Positions 1 through 10,031 are shown, counted from the stretch's first letter. The stretch: 64,000 bases of DNA from an uncultured Candidatus Saccharibacteria bacterium (GCA_964350985.1 CAYGLK010000001.1:292528-356527); one strand, 5' to 3'. The notes: a model not told the origin generated them from the sequence alone. Made by a program: numbers and translations.

Positions 1-556
1 TATCTTCGTCGTATTTACTAGCTAAGTCTTGTAGTTCAATTTTGAAACGATTTAGAATTTCTTGTTCAGAAACCAATTCGTCAGCTTTTAAAGTTCCGTG
101 AACTTGCTTTAAAGCTTTTTCGATGCTGTCAGCAAGTTTTCTTTCAGTAAACCATCTGTGTGTATAAGTAGGGTTTTCCTTACCTCGATAGAAAGGATCG
201 CCAACTATAAGTAGAAAATATAGATGATTTCGGGTAACTGGATCACTTGTTAGTTCATCTAAGAAAACGTGCTCAGCTACCACTCCTCCACCAAGCTGAT
301 CAATTAGCTTTTGGACTTCAATAAAAAGGTCATAATGTTTCTTGTATTCCTCAGATTTTTGAATTGATTGAATACCATAGTTTTCAATTTGACGAACTCG
401 CTCACGAGTGATCCCGTAAGATTGTCCAATAGACTCAAGAGTTGAAGTCTCACCGTCAGTACCTAAACCATAACGCTTACTCAAGACATCTCGAGCTCGT
501 TCAGGTAAAACACTTAGAAGTGACTTTGTGATCTGCTTTGGTTTAAATGAAATCAT
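1..556 (-). CDS. Sigma-70 region-4-like HTH protein (partial, runs off the window start)
   Basis: Not in the ORF track. Manual translation from the ATG at 556 gives MISFKPKQITKSLLSVLPERARDVLSKRYGLGTDGETSTLESIGQSYGITRERVRQIE..., a typical sigma region-4 motif (L.ER...V...RYGL...TLE.IG...GITRERVRQIE). Frame stays open to position 1. Confidence 0.8.
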   Translation of the reverse strand, partial: MISFKPKQITKSLLSVLPERARDVLSKRYGLGTDGETSTLESIGQSYGITRERVRQIENYGIQSIQKSEEYKKHYDLFIEVQKLIDQLGGGVVAEHVFLDELTSDPVTRNHLYFLLIVGDPFYRGKENPTYTHRWFTERKLADSIEKALKQVHGTLKADELVSEQEILNRFKIELQDLASKYDED

Positions 557-687
557 AAAATTTTTAAGTTTGCCAATTAGTTTCCTCAATGCGTGGCTAT
601 ATTTATAACATGACTAGCTGAATAGGTCAACAAGTAAATGTGGGTTTAAATATCTAGTACAAATCCGATGATTTTAGCGCGCATACA

Positions 688-3564
688 TTACGCTTCTTTA
701 ACGATCATATTTAAGATTCTACCCGGAACATAAACAGTCTTAATTTTTGCTGTACCGGCTATTCTAGCCTTTAAATCATGGTTATTATCAACTTCTGCCA
801 AGGCCTCTTCTTCAGTTGCTGTTGGGGAGATTGTGATTGATCCCCGGAGTTTTCCGTTGATCTGAACGCCAATAGTAACACTCTCGTCCACAATCAAATC
901 TGGGTTAACAACTGGAAAAGTCTCAAGGTGAATTGAGACATTCTGTCCATTTTGATGCCAAAGTTCTTCTGTGAGGTGTGGTGCAAAGGGTGCCAATAGT
1001 TTTAAAAACTGACGGTAACCGCCTTCACTGACACCCTCCTTTTCTGCCTTATTAATAAAGATCATCATCGTACTGACGGCAGTATTAAATTTAAATCCTT
1101 CGATATCCTCAGTCACTTTTTTGATTGATTTGTGTAAAAGTGTGGTTACAGACTGATTTTCCTGCTCAGTTATATGAGAATCTAGGCCATAAACTCTCTC
1201 TAAGAAGCGTCTAGCACCAACTAAACCGTCCTGACTCCAGGCGATGGTGTTTTCAAACGGACCCATAAACATCTCGTAGACTCTAAGTGTATCTGCTCCA
1301 ACAAGTTTTACAATATCGTCAGGATTGATCACATTCCCCCACCTCTTACTCATTTTGCGACCATCCTCCGCTAAGATAAACCCTAAAAATTCCAACCTCT
1401 GGAATGGTTCGATAGTACTGACTACTCCAATATCATATAGGAATTTATGCCAAAAACGAGCATATATTAGGTGTCTAACAGCATGGTCTCCGCCAACATA
1501 CACATCAACCGGAGCCCAAGCTTTTTCTATTTCTTTAGACACAAGTTCACTTGTATTTCTTGGATCCATGTATCTAAGGTAATACCAAGAAGAACCAGCC
1601 CACTGAGGCATGGTGTTTGTCTCGCGTTTAGCTTCAATTAAAGTTACTCCTTCTGGAGCTGTGTCTGAAACAATAAAGTCTCCTTGCTCAGTTACATAGC
1701 CGGTGACATTAACCCAATTTTCAATTGTAGCTAAGGGCGATTGTCCATCTCCAGCCGGTTCATAGTGTTCAACTTCAGGCAGCGTTACTGGTAGCTGATT
1801 TTGGGCAATAGGATATACCGCACCTTCTTTAGTGTGTACGACAGGAATTGGTTCACCCCAGTATCTTTGTCTACTAAATACCCAGTCTTTTATTTTGTAA
1901 GTTTTTGCTATTCTTCCATCAACTTTTTTAACTATTGCTTCTCCAGCCTCTTCTGAGTTCATTCCGTCAAATTCTCCTGAGTTTATTAATTTTCCTTCCG
2001 CAGTATAGACTCTATTTTTTAGGTGTAGTTTAAAAAATTCTAAATGATGATTAAAGAAACTTTTATTTGAAAGTATTTCTTCTGCAGAACACCAGGTTCC
2101 TTTCTTTGTTTCTTCATCAATTATTTCTCTTCTAGTATCACCACTTAGTTCAATTAAGTAACATGTATCTGAACATAATTCTTCTCTACTCTTTCTTGAC
2201 TTATATCCACGACTGTACTGGGAGGATATGTACTTAATATTTTTAATCTCCGTGTAGCCAGATTCTTCAGTTAGTTCACGTATGGCAGTTTCTTCGCCAG
2301 TCTCATTCTCTTCTCTACTCCCTCCAACAAATCCACATAAATTATCTGTAAAAGTTACCACATAGTATTTATCTTCAGACCAATGTTTAGCAATAACCGT
2401 AGACGCTTTAAATTGATGGATATCTTTGTCTGTTTGTGGAGCATCCTTTCCCGTTAAAACTACGTAAGGAGCAACAACATCAATAATGTTTAATCCAAAT
2501 TTTTTAGCAAAAGCATGATCGCGCTCATCATGCGCTGGTACAGCCATAATAGCTCCAGTTCCATAACTAGCGAGTACATAGTCAGCTAGATAAACAGGAA
2601 TAACTTCCCCATTTACGGGGTTAGTTGCAGTTACGCCTTCAAGCAACACTCCAGTTTTTTCCTTGGTGTCGTCTAGTCTGTCCATCTCCTTTTTTTCAGC
2701 TGTCTTTTTAATATAGGCTTCTACTTCATTCCAATTTTTAATTAACCCTTTGTTCTTTGAAACTAAATTATGTTCAGGCGCTAACACTAAATAAGTAACG
2801 CCAAAAAGCGTATCTGGCCTAGTTGTAAATACTGTAACTTTGTCAGAGGTAGAAAGTGTGAAATCTATTTCAGCGCCCTCGCTTCTGCCAATCCAGTTTC
2901 TCTGTGCTTCTTTGATATGTTCTGGCCAAGTTAGGGTGTTTAGATCTTCTAACATACGATCAGCGTAAGCTTTGATATCTAAGATCCACTGCCGCATTGG
3001 TTTTTTTTCCACTACTGAACCGCAACGCTCGCAACTACCATCACTCTCCAGGTCTTCGTTTGCTAGACCGGTCTGACAACCAGGACACCAGTTAATCGGT
3101 TCATAACTTTGAGTTGCTAAACCTTTTTTGAAAAGCTGGATAAATATCCACTGTGTCCATTTATAAAATTCTGGATCGGTGGTATTTATTTCACGATCCC
3201 AGTCATAATCAAAACCAAGTATTTCAAGCTGTTTTTTAAAGCGGGCTACGTTTGTTGCTACTGCTGCACTAGGGTGAACTTTATTTTTGATAGCATAATT
3301 CTCAGCCGGTAGACCAAAAGCATCCCAACCCATGGGGTGCAAGACTTCATGTCCGGTCATTCTTTTGAATCTGGAGTAAATGTCAGTAGCGATATAACCT
3401 TTTGGGTGGCCAACATGCAATCCTTCTCCAGAGGGATAAGGGAACATATCCAGCACATAAGTCTTCGGTTTATTAGACACTTCGTCTACTTTATAGATAT
3501 TTTTCTCACGCCAAGTATTTTGCCACTTCTTTTCAATTTCAGCTGAGTCGAATTTTTTATGCAT
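688..3564 (-). CDS. leuS: Leucine--tRNA ligase with an inserted NUDIX domain
   Basis: MFPYPSGEGLHVGH (HIGH), GWDAFGLPAEN, CP1 motifs FTTRPDTLFG and GTGAIMAVPAHDERD, SRQRYWGEPIP, KMSKR (KMSKS). About 150 extra aa contain a NUDIX box. Confidence 0.97.
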   Translation of the reverse strand: MHKKFDSAEIEKKWQNTWREKNIYKVDEVSNKPKTYVLDMFPYPSGEGLHVGHPKGYIATDIYSRFKRMTGHEVLHPMGWDAFGLPAENYAIKNKVHPSAAVATNVARFKKQLEILGFDYDWDREINTTDPEFYKWTQWIFIQLFKKGLATQSYEPINWCPGCQTGLANEDLESDGSCERCGSVVEKKPMRQWILDIKAYADRMLEDLNTLTWPEHIKEAQRNWIGRSEGAEIDFTLSTSDKVTVFTTRPDTLFGVTYLVLAPEHNLVSKNKGLIKNWNEVEAYIKKTAEKKEMDRLDDTKEKTGVLLEGVTATNPVNGEVIPVYLADYVLASYGTGAIMAVPAHDERDHAFAKKFGLNIIDVVAPYVVLTGKDAPQTDKDIHQFKASTVIAKHWSEDKYYVVTFTDNLCGFVGGSREENETGEETAIRELTEESGYTEIKNIKYISSQYSRGYKSRKSREELCSDTCYLIELSGDTRREIIDEETKKGTWCSAEEILSNKSFFNHHLEFFKLHLKNRVYTAEGKLINSGEFDGMNSEEAGEAIVKKVDGRIAKTYKIKDWVFSRQRYWGEPIPVVHTKEGAVYPIAQNQLPVTLPEVEHYEPAGDGQSPLATIENWVNVTGYVTEQGDFIVSDTAPEGVTLIEAKRETNTMPQWAGSSWYYLRYMDPRNTSELVSKEIEKAWAPVDVYVGGDHAVRHLIYARFWHKFLYDIGVVSTIEPFQRLEFLGFILAEDGRKMSKRWGNVINPDDIVKLVGADTLRVYEMFMGPFENTIAWSQDGLVGARRFLERVYGLDSHITEQENQSVTTLLHKSIKKVTEDIEGFKFNTAVSTMMIFINKAEKEGVSEGGYRQFLKLLAPFAPHLTEELWHQNGQNVSIHLETFPVVNPDLIVDESVTIGVQINGKLRGSITISPTATEEEALAEVDNNHDLKARIAGTAKIKTVYVPGRILNMIVKEA

Positions 3565-3644
3565 AACAAGAAATTATCACTAACGAACTAACAGTATGCC
3601 ACGATACTGTCGCTATGTAAAAACGAAATATAATTAACTACAAA

Positions 3645-4547
3645 CTACTCAGTGACCCGATCGAAACAATAATTTCCTTGCTTGTAGTTCCAGTTTTCTG
3701 CATTTTTAATCAGAGCGTCTTTATCCATCACTGGTCGATAGTAGAAGTCTTCTTGTGTGTCGTTTGAATTACTTGAGAAATAAGCGCAAAGTTTAAAACC
3801 GGTCTCAGTTACTTCGTAAATATAGTCTGGACGGTCTTCTGGAGCCGCTGGTACAGGAAATTCACCATATAGTTCTTCAAGTGTTCTCGGCAACTCACTA
3901 CTATCAATACTCACCTTCTCCTCTATTCGCCATTGAATTTGTCTCAAATCTTTAATTTGTGTCTGATCTAATCTTCTTTCTCGTGTTTCTGTTGGGTTTT
4001 CTGTCTGCATAAAACCAAAAACAAGGGATGCTAGTACTACAACAATTGCTCCTAGGGCATACATTTTTGATTCCTTTTCTCTAGTTAACCAATAGCCACG
4101 AGTATCCTGGAGGTAATAGTAGAAAGCAGCACCGATAACTACAAGTAAGACAGCTGCCTTTAGGATAAACCTAGTAGTGATTTCACCGTTTAGAAAAGCT
4201 AGGATGATACTAACCAAATCACCAAGAAGTACTCCTCCACCAATAAGTAGCGACAGATAGATTAGCCACTTTGTTAGTCCCAGGTATACATGATTAGTTT
4301 CTTGTCGGTGAATCTTATTTACTTTACGTGTCAAAGCCAAGTATGTAGGAAAAAAGACAACTAACATAGCAATGGCTATTTTTAGGCTCTCTCTAGAACT
4401 TTCTACTTGCCAATAACTATCAATAGCATCAGGGTAAAGTAAATTGATGATACTAAAAAGTAAAACAATTAAAAATGTGATTGATAAATATAAAGTTACT
4501 AATGATCCTAGTTGTAGGACAAAGTTTTTTGCTGTGTTATTTTCCAT
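3645..4547 (-). CDS. Multi-pass membrane protein (DUF5671-like) with a C-terminal extracellular domain
   Basis: About five hydrophobic segments followed by a soluble tail with two Cys. Family assignment is by resemblance only. Confidence 0.6.
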   Translation of the reverse strand: MENNTAKNFVLQLGSLVTLYLSITFLIVLLFSIINLLYPDAIDSYWQVESSRESLKIAIAMLVVFFPTYLALTRKVNKIHRQETNHVYLGLTKWLIYLSLLIGGGVLLGDLVSIILAFLNGEITTRFILKAAVLLVVIGAAFYYYLQDTRGYWLTREKESKMYALGAIVVVLASLVFGFMQTENPTETRERRLDQTQIKDLRQIQWRIEEKVSIDSSELPRTLEELYGEFPVPAAPEDRPDYIYEVTETGFKLCAYFSSNSNDTQEDFYYRPVMDKDALIKNAENWNYKQGNYCFDRVTE

Positions 4548-4606
4548 ATGACTATAAGTATGCTCTCTTTTGGAAAGGACGTAAAGCTATGCCATACTGT
4601 ATAAAT

Positions 4607-4876
4607 ATGAAATCAGATGATCTTAAAAAAGCGCCAAAATTGTTTTGTGAAAGTGTTAGCGTTGGCTTTACTCCAGAGTATTTTGTTATTGGTCTTAGTT
4701 CAGGTACTCAAGGAACTCTTTATACCTTCACACCACAACACGCTAAGCGCTTGCAACAGTATCTAACTCACCAAATCGAAGAATTTGAGAAAGATAACGG
4801 GAAAATTGACGCCAAGTGGAATCCAAATGTAGTCAGTCCAGTTCAAAGGATGAATCCTCCAACAAATCTAAGCTAA
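4607..4876 (+). CDS. Small hypothetical protein (DUF3467-like)
   Basis: Part of track ORF 4481..4876. The in-frame ATG at 4607 avoids overlap with the divergent gene. Motif TPQHAKRL...L..QIEEFEK..G.I resembles DUF3467. Confidence 0.6.
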   Translation: MKSDDLKKAPKLFCESVSVGFTPEYFVIGLSSGTQGTLYTFTPQHAKRLQQYLTHQIEEFEKDNGKIDAKWNPNVVSPVQRMNPPTNLS

Positions 4877-4891
4877 TTCTGATAACAAATT

Positions 4892-4915
4892 GCCGCCCGA
4901 TAAATATCGGGCGGC
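4892..4915. terminator. Intrinsic terminator-like hairpin between convergent genes
   Basis: GCCGCCCGAT-AAAT-ATCGGGCGGC, 10-bp stem followed by TTTGT. Confidence 0.7.
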
Positions 4916-4927
4916 TTTGTCATTCTT

Positions 4928-5203
4928 TCATGTCTGAAGGTCGCTTTTGTAATAGATGGCTATTGTTCCATCAGAGTGCTTCACTGATAAATAATAGCCA
5001 TTATCTTCGACAGGGTCCTTGATAAATGGGTAGTAGTTTACAACTACACCAAGTTCTTCGACCCTGGGAGCGACTAGCGAGCGCGGCCAGGGGTTTTTGA
5101 AAGCTGCTAGGGTTTTTGTGCTCAAATCAGGCCCAGTGACAATCCTCATCTCTGGCTTAAGTTGCTGCGTATAGCTTCGCGGTAGTTGCGTTTGGCCGTC
5201 CAT
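4928..5203 (-). CDS. Hypothetical protein (91 aa)
   Basis: ORF with an upstream AAGGA SD-like site and its own promoter. Confidence 0.55.
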   Translation of the reverse strand: MDGQTQLPRSYTQQLKPEMRIVTGPDLSTKTLAAFKNPWPRSLVAPRVEELGVVVNYYPFIKDPVEDNGYYLSVKHSDGTIAIYYKSDLQT

Positions 5204-5221
5204 GAGGATGTCCTTGCTGGA

Positions 5222-5289
5222 GAAAAGAGCAGTTCATTAACAGAACTAATCTAAAAATAAATTGTAGTCTAAATGTCTGAAAATTGCAA
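5222..5289 (-). promoter_or_regulatory. Sigma-70-like promoter plus boxA-like motif
   Basis: Minus strand TTGCAA (5289-5284), 17 nt, TACAAT (5266-5261), then TGCTCTTTTC downstream. Confidence 0.5.
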
Positions 5290-5349
5290 ATGATAGCACT
5301 CCATACATCAATTTCTTAACCTCGGATTAGTAAGGAAATATCTCTTTGG

Positions 5350-6447
5350 CTAAATCATGAACTCAATCACGTCGCCGTCTTTTACTATATAATCCTTGCC
5401 TTCTGTACGCAGCTTCCCTTCCTCACGAGCAGTTTTAAGTGAACCACACTCTACTAAGTCGTCAAAAGTAACAACTTGAGCTCGGATATACTTCTTTTCA
5501 AAATCTGTATGTATTGCAGCTGCAGCTTTTGGTCCTGGTGAACCAATTGGAACTGTCCAAGCGCGGGTTTCTTTTTCGCCAGTCGTAAAATAACTCATTA
5601 ATCCTAGACGGTTGTAACAAGCACGGATCAAACTCTCAACACCGCTTCCTTGAGCTCCATATTCCCTTCTAAAATCGTTTTTTTCATCATCACTCATGTC
5701 ACGTAAGTCATGTTCCATTCCAGCGTCAACCACAACATATTCAGCTCCAGTTCTCTCAAAATATTCAACTAGATTTTGCCACCTTTCATCATTTTGTTCA
5801 TCAAGATTAAAGGCGTCTGTTTTTTTGTTGCAGACATACAAGAACGGCTTCATTGTCAGTAAGTGAAGTCCCTTGATTATCTTAGCTTCTTCTTCAGTAA
5901 CTTCGAGCATATTAGCTAGGTTTCCACCGTCTAGGTGTGGCTTGAGGCGAGCTAATACTCCTTGTTCAATAACAGCTGTCTTATCACCGCGCTTTGCGTC
6001 ACGCTCAACGTTCATTAACCTTTTTTCTACAGTTTCAGCGTCAGCCAGAATAAGTTCTAAGTTAATCACTTCAATGTCAGAAAGTGGATTAATCCCCCCA
6101 GAGACATGGTGGATATCACTATCTTCAAAAATACGGACCACCTCTGCAATCATGTCCGTCTCACGAATATTTGCTAGAAATTTGTTCCCCAATCCTTCTC
6201 CTGAAGCAGCACCAGCTACTAACCCTGCAATATCAACAAATTCTACAATGGCCGGAATGATTTCCTGTGAACCAGATATCTTTGATAAGGCAGCTAAACG
6301 ACCATCTGGAACAGCCACGACTCCAACTGATGGATCGATAGTTGCAAAAGGATAGTTGGCAATTAATACTTCATTTTTAGTAAGGGCAGTAAAAAGCGTA
6401 GACTTCCCTACGTTTGGTAAACCAACTATTCCAACAGATAATGACAT
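5350..6447 (-). CDS. ychF: Redox-regulated ATPase YchF (Obg family)
   Basis: GIVGLPNVGKST, ANYPFATIDP, DIAGLV..A..GEGLGNKFL, and TGS tail EGKDYIVKDGDVI. Confidence 0.97.
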   Translation of the reverse strand: MSLSVGIVGLPNVGKSTLFTALTKNEVLIANYPFATIDPSVGVVAVPDGRLAALSKISGSQEIIPAIVEFVDIAGLVAGAASGEGLGNKFLANIRETDMIAEVVRIFEDSDIHHVSGGINPLSDIEVINLELILADAETVEKRLMNVERDAKRGDKTAVIEQGVLARLKPHLDGGNLANMLEVTEEEAKIIKGLHLLTMKPFLYVCNKKTDAFNLDEQNDERWQNLVEYFERTGAEYVVVDAGMEHDLRDMSDDEKNDFRREYGAQGSGVESLIRACYNRLGLMSYFTTGEKETRAWTVPIGSPGPKAAAAIHTDFEKKYIRAQVVTFDDLVECGSLKTAREEGKLRTEGKDYIVKDGDVIEFMI

Positions 6448-6516
6448 ATAGACGCAAGAGTATCAGATAAATAAACAAAAACAATATAGATAAATTTATA
6501 TTAAGTTTCTTGTAGA

Positions 6517-7371
6517 CTATTGCTTCCTTCCCTTTTCCCAGAAATTTAATTTTGCATACTCATCTGCAAAGTTACCTAAAACGTCTCTCCAGTCAGATTT
6601 AACCGGCTTAACATGTTGGCGGATTGTGTGGAGATCAGTAAAGCCGTGGAAAAAGTCATCCTCGATTGTTGTTTGGGCAACATTTGTAAAGTCGTGAGGG
6701 TATTTTTTTTCACCGAGAAAAGCATAAATCTGATCCAGTACTTTTGTAGGGTTGGTAGTTAGTTCATCAAAAAAAACAAAGTGCATTCTATCTCCATACC
6801 CACGCTGTAAGGCGTCTTTGACGCGATTGTAAGCACTTCCGATAGGTTGGTTGGTTTTTAACCAGACCTTACAACGCTCTTCAACTGTTTGAAATTCATT
6901 TGGGTGTTGTTTTTCTTGAGATATCTGCCCTGTTCTAGATTCTTTGCGCCATAATTTTTCAAAACTAGAAAGTACGTCGCGAATATCTCTAACACAAACC
7001 AGTACTTTGGCCTTATGACCTAGTATCTCTTCCCCCATTTCCAAAAAGCCTGGCCAACCGCGTGATTTATCAAAAATAACAGGTGCTTTTATGTCAGAGT
7101 AGAAAGAAAACAGCATTGCCCGTAAAACTCTCAGTTTAGCGGGGTTATTTCGTACTGCTTTAAAGGCAGCGATAGCGTTCCAGTTGTTTCTGATAGCCAG
7201 AAGCATATCAAGTACTCCAGAGGTTGCAGTAGCATGGAAACGAGGGTTTTGGTTAAGGATATTACACAAAAGAGTGGACCCGCTTCTTGGTAGACCTGAT
7301 ATAAAATGAAACTTTCTTTGTGAGTCTAGAACTTCACTTGGCATTATTGAAGGTTTTTCCGTGTTTTGCAT
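6517..7371 (-). CDS. Sulfotransferase family protein
   Basis: 5'-PSB loop FISGLPRSGSTLL and 3'-PB-like VRDIRDVLSS. Confidence 0.8.
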   Translation of the reverse strand: MQNTEKPSIMPSEVLDSQRKFHFISGLPRSGSTLLCNILNQNPRFHATATSGVLDMLLAIRNNWNAIAAFKAVRNNPAKLRVLRAMLFSFYSDIKAPVIFDKSRGWPGFLEMGEEILGHKAKVLVCVRDIRDVLSSFEKLWRKESRTGQISQEKQHPNEFQTVEERCKVWLKTNQPIGSAYNRVKDALQRGYGDRMHFVFFDELTTNPTKVLDQIYAFLGEKKYPHDFTNVAQTTIEDDFFHGFTDLHTIRQHVKPVKSDWRDVLGNFADEYAKLNFWEKGRKQ

Positions 7372-7428
7372 GGCTCTATTATAGCTTGAGTAGGTTCAAA
7401 TACAACTTAAGCACATATTTTAATAAAA

Positions 7429-7899
7429 ATGGCTAAATCCAGGAACAAAAATGATAGTATTGAGTGTATGGAAAAGCTAAGTCAATTACTAATCGAAAAT
7501 CAATCATTTTTGAGTAAATGTCAGGCTCGGGCTGTTTATTGTAGAAAATCCATCAGCTCAGTCGAATCAGATTTTCACAAACAATACGGATCCTTTTCAT
7601 CCTACTGGGATGACTGGCTAGAAGAAGTTGAAGAGATTAAATTTGATCTTGAAGACAGTATTTCAAATACTACGTTGTTTCTAAGTGAACTAAAAGATTA
7701 TATAAATAACTATACTGACAAAAAACGCCACACCAAGTCTGATAAAGAGTATCACTTAGAAGTTATTGCTCTAACTCAAGGTAAGTTAATAGAGCAGCAG
7801 GCATTAGTAAAGGATGTAGATTTTAGAATAAACCTTCACAAACAGATGACTGAAAAACTAACTCAGGTTGAACGAATTGAAGAACTAAATGACGATTAG
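7429..7899 (+). CDS. Hypothetical protein, coiled-coil-like
   Basis: 156-aa ORF filling the intergenic space; no motif recognised. Confidence 0.55.
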   Translation: MAKSRNKNDSIECMEKLSQLLIENQSFLSKCQARAVYCRKSISSVESDFHKQYGSFSSYWDDWLEEVEEIKFDLEDSISNTTLFLSELKDYINNYTDKKRHTKSDKEYHLEVIALTQGKLIEQQALVKDVDFRINLHKQMTEKLTQVERIEELNDD

Positions 7900-7958
7900 T
7901 TTCTTTTAAATAAGATTCTGAAATAACACTTATTGGTGTACAATATTGAGTAATACTT

Positions 7959-8990
7959 ATGGCTTTTTATAGTCCGCGGAAAATAATAATCAAGTTAACT
8001 ATCGCAGTTGTACTGATTGTTTTTGTGTTTATTGCAGCAGTATATTTTTTAACCAGAGAGCTTGTCATTAAACCAGCTCTTTTAACTGAGGAAAAAATAT
8101 CACAGTCAGAAGAATTGGATCTGCCACCACCATTCCCAACTGGAGTTGATTTAAAAGCAGAATCAATAACTGAGTATCCTGACCTTGATATTTACATTGA
8201 GAGTAATCTATCTTTTGATCAAAATAATTCTAGAAAAGATCAATTTTTTGATCGTCTTCTGGCTAAGTTAGTACAGTGGGACTGGTATCAAAACTTAGCT
8301 TCATCAGTTAGCCGTATCTTAGTTATATATTCTGGAGAAAGACAAGAAGAAATTGTCAAAAACTTTACTGATATTTTAAAATGGAATGAAGAAGAGAGTG
8401 AGTTATTTTATCTTTATATAAGCGAAGCTGAACCTACCTTGTCTGAAGGAAAATTTTATCCTGGTCGTTATGTTGTTCCTTATGATGCAACTCCTGAAAT
8501 GGTGGCTGATCTTTTATATGAGCGATTTGAAAAAGAGGTCTTGGAACGATATACAATTGAAGTTATTGAAAAGGTTCCACTTAATACAGCTTTAACAGTT
8601 GCCTCGTTACTTGAAAGAGAAGCTTATGACTTTGTTGATATGCGTTATATCTCGGGTATCATTTGGAATCGACTATTTATAGATATGCCTCTTCAGTTGG
8701 ACGCTACTCTTCAATACGCTAGAGGTAGTCAAAGTTATGAAGCAAAATGGTGGCCTAAAGTTGTACCAAAAGATAAGTTTATTGAGTCTCCTTACAATAC
8801 ATATGAAAACACTGGTCTACCACCAGGACCGATAGCAAACCCATCTGTTGAATCAATCATTGCGGCTCTAAATCCCAGGCAGACAAACTGCATGTTTTAT
8901 TTCCATGACGCAAAAGGAAAATTTTACTGCACTGAAACTTATGCAGAACACGTAGCCAAACTTAAAGAAGTTTACGGAAGAGGAAGCTAG
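7959..8990 (+). CDS. mltG: Endolytic transglycosylase MltG (YceG-like)
   Basis: N-terminal TM, EGKFYPGRY, ASLLEREA (catalytic Glu), NRL...MPLQLDATLQY, SPYNTY...GLPPGPIANP. Confidence 0.9.
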   Translation: MAFYSPRKIIIKLTIAVVLIVFVFIAAVYFLTRELVIKPALLTEEKISQSEELDLPPPFPTGVDLKAESITEYPDLDIYIESNLSFDQNNSRKDQFFDRLLAKLVQWDWYQNLASSVSRILVIYSGERQEEIVKNFTDILKWNEEESELFYLYISEAEPTLSEGKFYPGRYVVPYDATPEMVADLLYERFEKEVLERYTIEVIEKVPLNTALTVASLLEREAYDFVDMRYISGIIWNRLFIDMPLQLDATLQYARGSQSYEAKWWPKVVPKDKFIESPYNTYENTGLPPGPIANPSVESIIAALNPRQTNCMFYFHDAKGKFYCTETYAEHVAKLKEVYGRGS

Positions 8991-8997
8991 ATTATGT

Positions 8998-9032
8998 AAA
9001 AGAAATCGCTGTCAGAGACAACGATTTCTTTT
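8998..9032. terminator. Bidirectional terminator-like hairpin
   Basis: AAAAGAAATCG-CTGTC-AGA-GACA-A-CGATTTCTTTT between convergent genes. Confidence 0.65.
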
Positions 9033-9055
9033 CTTTTAACTAAAGATTAAATTCT

Positions 9056-9640
9056 CTAACAAGACTTCTTTCCTAGATTTTCAACTTCTTTTAGCCACTT
9101 ACCTCTGACTGTATCAGTCACCTTCTCACATGGACCAAATGAGCTTACTTCGGTACGAATACCTGCAAACTCCATGATGCCGTATTGGATTTCGTTTGTG
9201 TAGTCACCAAACTGCCACCAAGTCTTGAACGGACTGTGAGAGCCGGAAAGAATAATTACTCTAGCTGTCTTCCCTTTTAAGTGTTGCTCAATTTTCTTAG
9301 TTTGTTTGTTAAAGTTAAAAGCAAAACCAGGCAACCAGAATCGATCAAATAGTCCTTTGAGTAAAGCTGGCATTGAACACCACCAGTTTGGGTAAACAAT
9401 AACAATATGATCAGCTGCTCTAAACTTTTCTTGGAGGGCTATTAAATCTGGTTCAAGATGTTGAATTTCTTTGTATCCTTTGTGAAGAATTGGGTCAAAC
9501 TGTAGGTCACCTAGATTTGCTCTTTCTACATTGTGTCCGGCATCTTCTGCTCCCACCTGATAATGATCTGCCACTGTACCAGTGAAAGAATCTTTATCGG
9601 GATGTCCGCAAAGGACCAGAATATTTTTTGGGTTTTGCAT
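9056..9640 (-). CDS. NAD(P)H-dependent oxidoreductase, flavodoxin-2 family
   Basis: ILVLCGHP...SF, ADHIVIVYPNWW.SMPALLKG.FDR. Start set at MQNPK (9640), which has a TATACT box 8 nt upstream. Confidence 0.85.
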   Translation of the reverse strand: MQNPKNILVLCGHPDKDSFTGTVADHYQVGAEDAGHNVERANLGDLQFDPILHKGYKEIQHLEPDLIALQEKFRAADHIVIVYPNWWCSMPALLKGLFDRFWLPGFAFNFNKQTKKIEQHLKGKTARVIILSGSHSPFKTWWQFGDYTNEIQYGIMEFAGIRTEVSSFGPCEKVTDTVRGKWLKEVENLGKKSC

Positions 9641-9658
9641 ATCGTCTAAGTATAACGG

Positions 9659-9689
9659 AACAAGTCGCAAGCGTAGCTTGCGACTTGTT
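9659..9689. terminator. Perfect 14-bp hairpin with GTA loop (terminator or DNA hairpin)
   Basis: AACAAGTCGCAAGC-GTA-GCTTGCGACTTGTT; the U-tract is weak. Confidence 0.5.
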
Positions 9690-9716
9690 GATTACTCAAA
9701 CTTGCGTCAATTAAAT

Positions 9717-10031
9717 CTAGCGACGAATCGAACCGTTTGGATTAAATTTTCCTTGAGAACCGGCTTGCATTTTCATTAATTGATCTTTCATTTCCGGACT
9801 CATTGCAGTCATTATTTCCTTTTGAAACTTTGGCAATACCTTCATAGCTGCTGCCATTTGATTGTTTCCATTACTTTTTAGTTCAGCTTGCATCTCTTTA
9901 GCTATTTTTTCAAATAGAGCCGGATCTTTTTCCACCATCTCCAGGATCATTTTTTGTTGCTCTGGTGGAGCGTCTTTCATTTGTGACTGCAAAACCTTCT
10001 TCAGGGCAAATTGTTTTATTTTTCCAAACAT
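9717..10031 (-). CDS. Hypothetical Met/Gln-rich helical protein
   Basis: 104-aa ORF with a TAAAAT -10-like box just upstream. Confidence 0.65.
   Translation of the reverse strand: MFGKIKQFALKKVLQSQMKDAPPEQQKMILEMVEKDPALFEKIAKEMQAELKSNGNNQMAAAMKVLPKFQKEIMTAMSPEMKDQLMKMQAGSQGKFNPNGSIRR

Noticed and set aside
2014-2472. Intein or intron explanation for the LeuRS insertion
   Set aside because: The insert is in frame, lacks intein terminal residues (N-terminal Cys/Ser block, His-Asn end) and LAGLIDADG motifs, and contains a NUDIX box instead.
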